DNA from: Acidobacteriaceae bacterium
GTDB lineage: Bacteria > Acidobacteriota > Terriglobia > Terriglobales > Acidobacteriaceae
Length of the DNA stretch: 42,891 nt
Direction of reading: 5' to 3'
Assembly: GCA_003135315.1 (NCBI GenBank)
Contig: PLBD01000467.1
Coordinates: 8,120 to 51,010 of the forward strand
The notes under the pieces are model-generated. The model made no database searches. It saw nothing but the letters and a program-made list of their open reading frames with translations, and was not told the DNA's origin. Shown here in pieces: positions 8,801-16,284 of the stretch. The first letter of the stretch is position 1. The number at the start of each line of letters is the position of its first letter. The translations under genes were made by a program, and so were the position numbers.

Positions 8801-9467
8801 AGGGAAATACTCGAAGAATGAGAAGGTCGAAGAGAATCTTGAACTGGCGTATGCCGTATCGGTGCATAAGGCGCAGGGCAGCGAGTTCGCCAACACCTTC
8901 GTGATCATTCCATCGAGTTCAAAGCGACCCGTGTCAGCCGAGTTGGTCTACACGGCGCTGACGCGGGCAAGCCAACACTGCACCCTCCTGATACAGCGAG
9001 ATGTGACCAGTTTGCTCGACGCACGGCGGCGTGAGAATGCGCAGACACCCCAAATCAATTCGTATCTGTTCTCACTGCATGTTGCAAAGGACGCACTGAC
9101 GAATCGGCGAAGCTGGTACGAGTCCGGGAAGATCCACGAAGCGCTCAGCGGCGACATGCTCAGGTCCAAGTCCGAAGTCATCATCGCTAATCTATTGCAC
9201 GACCGAGCGATTCCTTTCCGGTACGAGCAGCCCCTTTTCGCGAAGGACGGAACGCTGCGTCTACCGGATTTCACCGTTACCTGGCGCGGAAACACCTATT
9301 TCTGGGAGCATCTCGGGCTTCTCGACCAGACTGCGTATGCGGAGGAATGGGAACGGAAGCGAGCATGGTACGGCCGCTGGTTCCCTGATCAACTCCTAAT
9401 TACAAAGGAAGGTGCTCAGCTCAGCAAATCGGCCGAGGAGATCATCGCGAGGATCACCGCCGTGTAA
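5835..9467 (+). CDS. 1210-aa fusion protein: unknown Cys-rich N-terminal half + RecD-like SF1 helicase + C-terminal PD-(D/E)xK-like nuclease module
   Basis: ATG 5835 has GAAGGAG 7 nt upstream. Helicase motifs: Walker A VTGPAGTGKTT (GPAGTGKTT at 7647-7673), LVLDEASML, LILVGDPGQLPPIGRGRVF, YAVSVHKAQGSEF, VYTALTRASQHCTLL. The C-terminus LRLPDFTVTWRGNTYFWEHLG resembles a restriction-endonuclease-fold core. I do not recognise the N-terminal ~600 aa (LAWHTDGWNGSICHAPEKNTYCVGCKSF...). Confidence 0.85.
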   Translation: MPTHLTARLAWHTDGWNGSICHAPEKNTYCVGCKSFPGDVIARERDLKKEQLLAGRSGDKLEGYVPPCGYSYNAFGLNEAPAASNPPDFFFGGATRHEWQLPPATVSVWPYEAMYAEEVKAEGFLDNDRRRALTLEFFKPIQEDCGKNLIFYYANYSNPLSEDEAPRYVLLGVSRIIKTGPELFYENVSPEVARKYAGGMIWARNISSAYPDEGVRLPYHRYAGDPDSLARIALFPENPLLCKYGSKHLTDDEAIGLLEQFLAKIRLLRDLGDMTEDWSVRESWLLKVIAGLWTQRGLYPGLLKALDVAGASLFVDRVKALCAEVGHTAAHTAAFEVLEAGRDNALTKGLEPSAAKKIARNWRLLDDGARLLLRDVLPRLDLPADVMQEIVSKERADCGLTVSAEEIAGNPYLIAELYCGVDSSDRISWSTIDRGVLPSPDLGGTHLADVEFNDARRFRSLCVEHLRTEPKHTFRLARDLIVEIAERMSRLPAWKQAEFTERYFDVDADFLSAALTLRTIEPNLAIYLKSVFEDERNLEGTLRDLASRPDITLRRPVTEADWLSWVFKSDSPLALNAGAEYAEATKEQSEICYRLFNRPLSVVTGPAGTGKTTVIEALIRAVRRSEGDAAAVLVLAPTGKAADRAREVFEKSSLQRVETVTVHSFLASNGWLNENLTFKRGGGTRAEVGTLVLDEASMLDLELAAALFRSVDSQHIRRLILVGDPGQLPPIGRGRVFADVIKWLSTDHPESLGRLRRNLRQLLNKVRGEGTAIVSMSELFLFDDDDKGVGGTDAATRADQEDLIARIHAGGTVDRDLDVIYWNEPEELARTLIEAAEARMSKGKPVDGKQPYQIWREALDGDPMAFQILTPHRGELHGVEAINEACQDRIAGFVLGRIGAVDGITLFDKVIQVRNRPKSNPIWAYDWKRRENIRVETFNGEIGIVGTFPFDKKIWTTLKTGYGPRLKRFTVQFTRKPNITVGYGRGVPAGKYSKNEKVEENLELAYAVSVHKAQGSEFANTFVIIPSSSKRPVSAELVYTALTRASQHCTLLIQRDVTSLLDARRRENAQTPQINSYLFSLHVAKDALTNRRSWYESGKIHEALSGDMLRSKSEVIIANLLHDRAIPFRYEQPLFAKDGTLRLPDFTVTWRGNTYFWEHLGLLDQTAYAEEWERKRAWYGRWFPDQLLITKEGAQLSKSAEEIIARITAV

Positions 9468-9508
9468 TGCGCCGGGCGCGCAAAGGTTTGCGGACGACGA
9501 CTGCCAGA

Positions 9509-9889
9509 TTAGCCTGTGGCCCGATCTTGCCACGCAAATATGTCGGCGGCGCGCCACCGAACAGCTCTAGGTCCAACACGAGTCTGCGCAGGGAATCGCC
9601 TTTCGCTTATCAGGCGATAGATCATTGACCTCGATAGGCCGACCAGGCTCTCGACATCCGAAAGGCGTAGGAGACGGCGTGAGATTAGTGGGTCATCGAA
9701 GTCGCGATCAGCTGAAATCCTTTGTGAACTGGCAGACTGCACAGGGTTTACGCGACGGCTAGCGAGGCGGATGATTTCATCTCTGAGCCGGGAGATCTCG
9801 TCTACAGCCCATTGCCGCTCCTGCAGTAGCTCCCCGAGGGTGCGGTGACCGGGATCGGCCCTCATTGCGTCGAACATATCTCGTGGCAT
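9509..9889 (-). CDS. AlpA-family (phage/island) HTH transcriptional regulator with an N-terminal coiled-coil-like extension
   Basis: The C-terminal LLRLSDVESLVGLSRSMIYRLISERRFPAQTRVGPRAVRWRAADIFAWQ is the AlpA/Phage_AlpA pattern. The start is uncertain: ATG 9889, GTG 9742, or the track start 10027. Confidence 0.7.
   Translation of the reverse strand: MPRDMFDAMRADPGHRTLGELLQERQWAVDEISRLRDEIIRLASRRVNPVQSASSQRISADRDFDDPLISRRLLRLSDVESLVGLSRSMIYRLISERRFPAQTRVGPRAVRWRAADIFAWQDRATG
9523..9780. repeat. Direct repeat R1, copy A (~258 bp, carries most of the AlpA-like gene)
   Basis: Hand alignment to 17534-17791 gives equal length and about 20 substitutions, with no indels seen. Confidence 0.85.
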
Positions 9890-10084
9890 TGGGTAGGCTC
9901 TCCAAACTGTCTGGACCTCTGTATGAGGTGTTGGCAGCCGATGTTGCGACGCCAACCCTGTAGTAACTCTAGTGTGCCGGTTTTTGTGCGGAAACTGGCG
10001 CCGGCGCCGGCCGCGACCGGCCGGCACAGTCCATGATATTCAATAGCTTATCATTATTGCGCTGCACTAAAAAGAGACAAATTA

Positions 10085-10129
10085 GCATTCGTAATGCGCG
10101 GGTCGCAGGTTCGACTCCTGTCTCCGCAA
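10085..10129 (+). other. 3' fragment of a tRNA-Thr(CGT) gene (anticodon loop to discriminator); probable att remnant
   Basis: The fragment reads GCA-TTCGTAA-TGCGC-GGGTC-GCAGG-TTCGACT-CCTGT-CTCCGCA-A. That is an anticodon loop with CGT, a variable loop, a T-arm with a TTCGA-type loop, and a 3' acceptor strand. Upstream sequence cannot form the matching 5' acceptor strand, D-arm, or full anticodon stem. Confidence 0.7.
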
Positions 10130-10209
10130 TCTTGGCACTTCCAGCAATATCCAAAGACGTCCGCAAGTTCGATGAATATCCTTAATTTATAGATACCGGC
10201 GGGACCGAC

Positions 10210-11865
10210 TCAGTCTGCTGGAGTCGGTTCATAGATTCTCGAATTGCCGAATGCTGCGAGAAGCCAAGGGGTAAGCTCATTCATCTTGCCGACTGTCCGT
10301 TCCGCGGGCGTCAGCCCTGGACGAAAGCCGCGTGCCCGCAAAGATTCGAGAATTTCTGGCTGACGACTAATCACATACACTGGGACGTCCCACGATGCGC
10401 CGTCGCCGCTGACGTTGGCGGCTGGCTGGTGATCCCCAAGAATGATCAGCACAAAATTGTCGCCCGCACGCTCCCGCAGATAGTTCGCGATCACATCCAA
10501 AAAATATTCCACTGAACTCAGGTAACTTTTGTCCATGTGAGTCCAATCTGGTTTCTGCGCGAGCGCACGCTGCAAGGGTTCGGCGTCGTAGGGCTGGGCG
10601 GTGAGTATGCGGTGCCCGTCTGGCTGCAGCGGCGGGGTGGGCACAAAGGGCATGTGCGTAGAGACGGTGGGAAAGAACACGAACAACGGTTTGCGGGGCT
10701 GGCGCTGCAATTCCTCAGCATCGAGTACTGCCAGCGAAAACTGATCGGGTATGCGCCACCATCCGAATTCGGGACCACGATAGTCGAGGCTTTTGGCGTC
10801 GTAGATCTCGTCAAACCCGTAGAATGCGCCTTCGGGCCAGCTCTGGCGCATACCTGGCATCACATCGATGGTGCGATAGCCGTGAGCTTTGAAGACCGAT
10901 ACCAGGGTTGGTCGCTGCTGGGTCATCAGCAGCGCATAGCGGCTGGAATCGCGGACCTCGATGCCTGAGAGCAAGCTCACGTGCGCGAGTACCGAGCCGC
11001 CGCCGAACGTGGGCGAGCTGACATAGCCCGACACGACGCTGCGGTGGGTATCTTGCACGGCCGCGGCCAGCCTTGCTCGTACCGGCATCAGGGCCTGCAC
11101 AAACTCCGGTCGATCGTATGTGACTCTGCCGTAGGATTCCATAAAGACAAGCAGCACGTCCTGGCCGGGCAGCGCAGCGAAGCTCGAGTGCAGGGGCGGC
11201 GAGGGCGGCAGGAGTTGGGTTGCACGGTTCGAAAGCGCATCAATAATCCGCACGAGCTGCTCGCTGTAGGTCTTGCTAACCGGGATCGAGAAGCGCGGTA
11301 GAGGCGGGAACCCGCCGGTGCTTTGCTGAACAAGGAAGCAACCAACGAGCACGATCCCCACAAGTCCGACACCCATTCGCGCAGCGTGATGGAAACGCAG
11401 CATGGCATCGATCTGCCCGAGCGACCAACGGGAGGCGACATACAACCCAGCGAGCACCACGAGGGCGCCAACACAGATCGTAGCCACCGACCAGAGGGAA
11501 GCCACGCGGAACAGCATGCCGGCGACGGAGGCAAGCTGGGGTACATCCCAATAGAGATTCACTTCGCGCCCGTAGAGCGCCGGCGCCGTCACGGCGCCAT
11601 AGCGGCCCAATGCAAAGATGACGATGAGCCCCGACAGTACGGCGAGCAAGCGACCCGGTGTCGGTCCGAGCCAGGCATTTGAGAGTGCGAGAAGTAGCAG
11701 TAGCGCCGCCAGCTCGATCGATAGCTCGCCTCGCCAGTGGACCGCGAGTGTCGGCCATACATTGTGAAACGTGACCAAGCCGTTGAGCAGTACCACCGCG
11801 ACACACACCGATGCCCAGCGGTGCCAACCACGCCGCCTTCGGATGCTGGTATCTGTGGCTAGCAT
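10210..11865 (-). CDS. Membrane-anchored sulfatase-fold transferase/hydrolase (LTA-synthase / phosphoglycerol- or phosphoethanolamine-transferase-like)
   Basis: The N-terminus has about 5 hydrophobic helices. The periplasmic alkaline-phosphatase-fold domain follows (VLLVFMESYG, GGGSVLAHVSLLSG, FFPTVSTHMPF, VLIILGDHQP). I prefer ATG 11865, which overlaps the upstream gene's TAG stop; the track uses TTG 11907. Confidence 0.7.
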   Translation of the reverse strand: MLATDTSIRRRRGWHRWASVCVAVVLLNGLVTFHNVWPTLAVHWRGELSIELAALLLLLALSNAWLGPTPGRLLAVLSGLIVIFALGRYGAVTAPALYGREVNLYWDVPQLASVAGMLFRVASLWSVATICVGALVVLAGLYVASRWSLGQIDAMLRFHHAARMGVGLVGIVLVGCFLVQQSTGGFPPLPRFSIPVSKTYSEQLVRIIDALSNRATQLLPPSPPLHSSFAALPGQDVLLVFMESYGRVTYDRPEFVQALMPVRARLAAAVQDTHRSVVSGYVSSPTFGGGSVLAHVSLLSGIEVRDSSRYALLMTQQRPTLVSVFKAHGYRTIDVMPGMRQSWPEGAFYGFDEIYDAKSLDYRGPEFGWWRIPDQFSLAVLDAEELQRQPRKPLFVFFPTVSTHMPFVPTPPLQPDGHRILTAQPYDAEPLQRALAQKPDWTHMDKSYLSSVEYFLDVIANYLRERAGDNFVLIILGDHQPAANVSGDGASWDVPVYVISRQPEILESLRARGFRPGLTPAERTVGKMNELTPWLLAAFGNSRIYEPTPAD

Positions 11866-12623
11866 TTCGAGGTCCGGGTACTGGGTAGCGAATTGCGGTA
11901 AAGCCAAAGGACCTGCTGTAGGAAGGAAAGCGTGAGCGCAGCCGACGCTGCCGCAGCAACCCTAGCGCTCAGTGCCGGGGAGACAAACGGCGCGATGGCT
12001 ACGATCAGGGCGACCATTTGCACGACGGCGATGGTCTTGCGCAAGTAGCTCGGAGGAAGCGGACGTCGCAACAAAGGCACGACCGCACCGGCCGCAAGGT
12101 AAAGATAGCGCAACAGTCCTGCCCAGAGCACCCAGGCCCCGACTTTACCGAATTGCCACGCCAGTGCTGCAAGCACGGCGACCAACACTGCATCGGTCTC
12201 CATGTCGAACCGGGCGCCAAAGCCGCTGACCATTTTGCTCCGACGCGCGAGCCATCCATCGGCGCCATCGAGGAGGCAGACAACGGACGCAGCCACCATG
12301 ACCATGGCTGGAACGCCGCTGACCGTTGATTCTCCGATCAGGGCGAAGAGCAACGCAACCAGAGTTCCGCGGACGAGAGTCACCTGGTTGGCGGGGCCAA
12401 GGCACGCAAAGGGATGCTGCTGCGGCAGCACCCAGAGCATCATCCCTGCACCGACACCGAAAACGAGTACGCTTTTGGCGACATACCACCCGCTCAGCTG
12501 CAGCCGGTCGGCCACGAACCAGGCAATCGCCACCATCGCCAGCCCAACCGGTAAGATGCCGGTCAACGCGCTGTGCAGGAGACTCCGGTGCTCGGGCCTG
12601 GCAATCGTTGTAGTGAGAGCCAA
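11859..12623 (-). CDS. CDP-alcohol phosphatidyltransferase family protein
   Basis: The signature DGADGWLARRSKMVSGFGARFDMETDAV matches DGx2ARx8Gx3Dx3D, and the protein is multi-pass hydrophobic. The track ORF extends to 12947 but would overlap the divergent dehydrogenase gene. The start is uncertain: TTG 12623 or ATG 12536. Confidence 0.75.
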   Translation of the reverse strand: MALTTTIARPEHRSLLHSALTGILPVGLAMVAIAWFVADRLQLSGWYVAKSVLVFGVGAGMMLWVLPQQHPFACLGPANQVTLVRGTLVALLFALIGESTVSGVPAMVMVAASVVCLLDGADGWLARRSKMVSGFGARFDMETDAVLVAVLAALAWQFGKVGAWVLWAGLLRYLYLAAGAVVPLLRRPLPPSYLRKTIAVVQMVALIVAIAPFVSPALSARVAAAASAALTLSFLQQVLWLYRNSLPSTRTSKC

Positions 12624-12629
12624 TTTTCC

Positions 12630-13616
12630 GTGGATCCTCTGAGCCGGAACGATACGCTGGCATTCTGGATCACGGCGCCGGGCCGCGGCGAGCTGCGGCG
12701 CGAGGCCGTGCCGGCGCCCAGCGATGGCGAAGCGAGTGTACAGGCACTTTATAGTGGCGTCAGCCGCGGCACCGAGTCGCTCGTTTTCGGCGGCCATGTA
12801 CCCCCCAGCGAGTACGAACGCATGCGTGCACCGTTCCAGACAGGACAATTCCCGGCCCCGGTCAAATACGGTTACGCGAATGTCGGTCAGGTGTTGGAAG
12901 GCCCATCCCAGTGGGTCGGCAAAATCGTCTTTTGCCTTTATCCGCATCAGCAGCGCTACATAGTGCCTTGCGATGCACTGTACCTGCTACCCGAGTTGGT
13001 TCCTCCGTCCAGGGCGGTACTGGCGGCAAATCTCGAGACTGCGCTCAACGGGGTATGGGATTCGGGCGCGGGTCCCGGCGATCGCGTGAGTGTCGTAGGC
13101 GGCGGCAGTGTCGGGTGCCTGGCGGCGTGGCTCTTAGGCCGCATGCCGGGTTGCGAGGTCGAACTGGTGGACATCAATGCACAGCGCGCCAGCATCGCCC
13201 AGGCATTGGGCGTGAAGTTCACGCTGCCCGCTAGAGCGAGGGCCGAGGCGGACGTTGTGCTGCACGCGAGCGGCTCGGCCGACGGACTCGCCGTGGCGCT
13301 GCGCATCGCCGGGTTCGAAGCCACGGTCGTCGAGCTCAGCTGGTACGGCGACCGACCCGTGACCGTCGCACTGGGCGAGTCCTTCCACTCGCGACGCCTG
13401 GTATTGAGGTCTTCCCAGGTGGGGGCGGTGGCCGAGGCGCGTCGTGCACGTTGGAGCCACCGGCGACGCATGGAGACGGCGCTGTCTTTGCTCACCGATC
13501 CGGCGCTCGACGCGCTCATCAACAGCGAAGGCTGCCTCGAGGCTCTGCCACAGACTCTGCAGCAGCTGTCGAGGCGGCCAGGGGACGTCATCATGCATCG
13601 CGTGAAATACGACTGA
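12630..13616 (+). CDS. Zinc-type medium-chain dehydrogenase/reductase (MDR) family protein
   Basis: ALYSGVSRGTESLVFGG and the Rossmann motif VSVVGGGSVGCLAAWL are present. The start is uncertain (GTG 12630 or GTG 12573). It lies back-to-back with the CDP-alcohol transferase gene with essentially no spacer. Confidence 0.7.
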   Translation: MDPLSRNDTLAFWITAPGRGELRREAVPAPSDGEASVQALYSGVSRGTESLVFGGHVPPSEYERMRAPFQTGQFPAPVKYGYANVGQVLEGPSQWVGKIVFCLYPHQQRYIVPCDALYLLPELVPPSRAVLAANLETALNGVWDSGAGPGDRVSVVGGGSVGCLAAWLLGRMPGCEVELVDINAQRASIAQALGVKFTLPARARAEADVVLHASGSADGLAVALRIAGFEATVVELSWYGDRPVTVALGESFHSRRLVLRSSQVGAVAEARRARWSHRRRMETALSLLTDPALDALINSEGCLEALPQTLQQLSRRPGDVIMHRVKYD

Positions 13617-13637
13617 TCAAGCCTCAGGGAGCAAAGG

Positions 13638-14045
13638 ATGTACACGGTATGCGTACGCGATCACATCATGATCGCCCATAGCCTTCGCGGCGAGGTGTTC
13701 GGGGCCGCCCAGCGTCTGCATGGTGCAACCTACGTCGTGGATGTCGAGTTCCGACGGCGTGAACTGGATCGGGACGGCGTTGTCGTGGACATCGGATGTG
13801 CCACCGATCTGTTGCGCGAGGTGCTGACCGAGCTCAATTACCACAATCTCGACGCACTGCAGGGGTTCTCCGGACGTAACACGACCACTGAAGTCATCGC
13901 CAAGACCATCTTCGACCGCCTGGCTGCGGGAATTGGTGCGGGCCGACTGGGTGCCTCGGCGCTGCCGATTGCGAGCGTACGCGTGTGCTTGCGCGAATCT
14001 CATGTGGCGTGGGGGGCCTTCGAGGGAGAGCTCGCGGCACCGTGA
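13638..14045 (+). CDS. 6-pyruvoyl-tetrahydropterin synthase / QueD (PTPS) family protein
   Basis: 135 aa. HIMIAHSL...HGATYVVDVEF...LNYHNLD is the typical PTPS-fold pattern. Confidence 0.7.
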   Translation: MYTVCVRDHIMIAHSLRGEVFGAAQRLHGATYVVDVEFRRRELDRDGVVVDIGCATDLLREVLTELNYHNLDALQGFSGRNTTTEVIAKTIFDRLAAGIGAGRLGASALPIASVRVCLRESHVAWGAFEGELAAP

Positions 14046-15091
14046 GCCAACGCGCGCTGGAGTTCCTGGTACCGGGAGACCTGCGTGCGGGGACGGGCGG
14101 CTATGTGTATGACCGCCGCATCGTCGCGGGGCTGCGCGCGCTGGGCTGGCGAATCACGGTTCACACACTGGAGGCGAGCTTTCCTCATCCCAACGCCTCG
14201 GCGCTCGAGCATGCGCGCCACGTGCTCGCGAGCTTGGCCGACCAGGCACTGGTCCTCATCGATGGACTCGCGCTCAGTGCCATGCCGGAGGTGGTCCGGT
14301 CGCACTCGGCGCGCCTAGCACTGGTGGCTCTGGTGCATATGCCGCTCGGGTCCGATCGCGGGCTGCAGGCCGGCATGGCGCAAGTGCTGGAGCAGTCGGA
14401 GCGCCAGGCGCTACAGGCCGTTCGCCACATCGTAGTCACGGGCCGCTCCTCCCGCGAGACACTCAGGCGCTATGGGATTGCTCCCGAACGCATCTCTATC
14501 GTTGAGCCGGGCACCGACGAGGCGCCGGTGACGTGCCGTTTCTCCGAGGAGGCGGTCAGGCTCCTATGTGTGGCCACGCTGGGTCCCGGCAAGGGACACG
14601 AGCTGCTCATCGACGCCCTCGCACCGCTCGCCCCGATGCGCTGGCACCTTACGTGCGTTGGCAGTCTGGCGCGGTACCCGAAGACGGTCGAGCAGCTGCG
14701 CGCTCAGCTGCAGCACACGGGTCTGACCGAGCGCGTGACGCTCGTTGGTGAAGTGGATCCCGGGGAGGTCACGCGGTTCTATCAAGATGCCGATCTGTTC
14801 GTGCTGGCGACACGCTCCGAGAGCTACGGCATGGCGATCGCGGAGGCGCTGGCGCACGGCTTACCGGTCATCAGTACATGCACGGGCGCCATTCCAGATC
14901 TGGTCGGAGCCGATGCCGGACTGCTCGTTATGCCTGATCACCTGGAGGCGCTGCGGCAGGCGCTGGCGCGCGCGCTCAACGATCCGGTGCTGCGCGCCTC
15001 ACTGGCGCGAGGCGCGGCGGTGGCTCGTCGCACGTTGCCACGCTGGTCAGAGGCCTGTAGCCGCATGATGCGCATCCTCGAGGAAGTCTAA
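14042..15091 (+). CDS. Glycosyltransferase family 1 (GT4-type)
   Basis: GKGHELLIDAL and SESYGMAIAEALAHGLPVISTCTGAIPDLV form the EX7E-type region. The preferred GTG 14042 overlaps the PTPS stop (GTGA); the track starts at 13985. Confidence 0.8.
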   Translation: MSQRALEFLVPGDLRAGTGGYVYDRRIVAGLRALGWRITVHTLEASFPHPNASALEHARHVLASLADQALVLIDGLALSAMPEVVRSHSARLALVALVHMPLGSDRGLQAGMAQVLEQSERQALQAVRHIVVTGRSSRETLRRYGIAPERISIVEPGTDEAPVTCRFSEEAVRLLCVATLGPGKGHELLIDALAPLAPMRWHLTCVGSLARYPKTVEQLRAQLQHTGLTERVTLVGEVDPGEVTRFYQDADLFVLATRSESYGMAIAEALAHGLPVISTCTGAIPDLVGADAGLLVMPDHLEALRQALARALNDPVLRASLARGAAVARRTLPRWSEACSRMMRILEEV

Positions 15092-15131
15092 GGATCGGGG
15101 GCTAACCGGTGTCGAGGCGTGACCTGCGCGG

Positions 15132-16097
15132 TCATAGGACCCGCTGGATTGTGGCGTACGGCGCTTTCCGACTGTCATCGGCTGAGCCATTGGGCGTTGT
15201 GCGCAGATCACAATCGTACAGAATGTCCTGACCGGATCGCAAGACGCGATAGTTGAACCGTAGACAATCCTGCAGACGCACCCGCGGCGCCAATCGTATC
15301 GCGGGGCGGCCCTCGCCGACGAGCAGCGGGGCAATGGCGACATGCAGTCGATCCAGCAGTCCTGCTTCAAGAAAGGATGAAACCGTGATGCCGCCGCCTT
15401 CTATAAAAATGCGGCAATGACCGCGCGCACGCAGTTGACGCAGTAGATCCTTCAGGTCGAGTAGATGACCGGCAGCGGCGATTTCCAGGACCTGCTCACC
15501 ACGTGCACGTGCCGCGGCCGCCCCGGCGATGCCCGCTGCGCAGACTCGCAATGTCGGAGCCTCGCCATCAGTGAACACCGTGTGCGTGGCAGGCAAGCGA
15601 CATGCGGGATCGAGTATGACCCGTACCGGGTTGCCGCCCGACACCAGTCGAGTGGTGAGACGCGGATTGTCAGCGGCGACGGTGCCGGCACCGACAACGA
15701 CGGCGTCGCACAGGGCACGCAAGCGATGCAGATGCAAGATATTGTCCGGTCCGGTAAGCGAGCACGAATCCCCAGACGGTGTTGCGATGAAGCCGTCGAG
15801 ACTCTGCCCGATGTGTCCGATCGTCATGGGTCTGGTGGCCGTGGCGCTGCTGATCGGCAGATAGAGATCGAGCAGATCACGGTGCGGCGCATTGGCAGGA
15901 AGAGTCGACTCCCAGCCGCGAGACGGGTTCCAAAGCAGCGCGGCGCCAGGGTCATGGGGCGCGAGCGGACGTAGCCGGCCAGCCGCCCCACGTGCGAATC
16001 GACCAGGACGCGTGTCGTCGAACGTTCCGATCGACTGGGCCGCCGAGTGCGCCACGGTCCAGGCGTCGAGCTCTGCGGAGTCTATATAATCTGTCAT
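15132..16097 (-). CDS. RibD C-terminal-domain / dihydrofolate-reductase-like reductase
   Basis: IGQSLDGFIATPSGDS, LRALCDAVVVGAGTVAADNPRLTTR and IFIEGGGITVSSFLEAGLLDRLHV are present. About 90 aa of N-terminal extension are unassigned. Confidence 0.7.
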   Translation of the reverse strand: MTDYIDSAELDAWTVAHSAAQSIGTFDDTRPGRFARGAAGRLRPLAPHDPGAALLWNPSRGWESTLPANAPHRDLLDLYLPISSATATRPMTIGHIGQSLDGFIATPSGDSCSLTGPDNILHLHRLRALCDAVVVGAGTVAADNPRLTTRLVSGGNPVRVILDPACRLPATHTVFTDGEAPTLRVCAAGIAGAAAARARGEQVLEIAAAGHLLDLKDLLRQLRARGHCRIFIEGGGITVSSFLEAGLLDRLHVAIAPLLVGEGRPAIRLAPRVRLQDCLRFNYRVLRSGQDILYDCDLRTTPNGSADDSRKAPYATIQRVL

Positions 16098-16249
16098 AGT
16101 CGTCTGTCCATGTGTAGCTCCATCGCGTGCTCAAGATTTCGTGTCAGTGTGATACCAGCACCAAGTCGCAGGGTCACCTGGTGCATTAGAATATAAGAGA
16201 GTTGAACTTAGCGATGGGCGCCTTGCTCCGATGAGCCCCCGATGCCGTA

Positions 16250-16266
16250 GACAAGAGACACTTGTC
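16250..16266. promoter_or_regulatory. Inverted repeat GACAAG-AGACA-CTTGTC between -35-like TAGACA and -10-like TATACA; candidate higBA operator/promoter
   Basis: Read directly. It ends 19 nt upstream of the higB ATG. Toxin-antitoxin operons are commonly autoregulated at such palindromes. Confidence 0.3.
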
Positions 16267-16284
16267 ACTATACACTAGCCACGA

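Noticed and set aside
8157-8867. 236-aa minus-strand ORF inside the helicase gene
   Set aside because: It is antisense to the clear SF1 helicase motifs, and its composition is low-complexity and Arg/Gly-rich.
9890-10027. N-terminal 46-aa extension of the AlpA-like track ORF (172 aa)
   Set aside because: The extension is Arg-rich (MPAGRGRRRRQFPHKNRH...) and reaches toward the tRNA-fragment region. It is unlikely to be coding, so an internal start is preferred.
10054-10129. A complete 76-nt tRNA gene ending at 10129
   Set aside because: Only the 3' ~45 nt fold. The putative 5' acceptor strand (TGCGCTG) pairs at only 5 of 7 positions, there is no D-arm consensus, and the anticodon stem pairs at only 3 of 5. 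I treated it as a fragment.
12624-12947. Upstream 108 codons of the CDP-alcohol transferase track ORF
   Set aside because: They would overlap the divergent dehydrogenase gene by more than 300 nt. The region has no hydrophobic character or family motifs.
12956-13645. 229-aa minus-strand ORF opposite the MDR dehydrogenase
   Set aside because: The plus strand has GTE and Rossmann motifs. The minus ORF is Ser/Ala/Arg-rich with no motifs.
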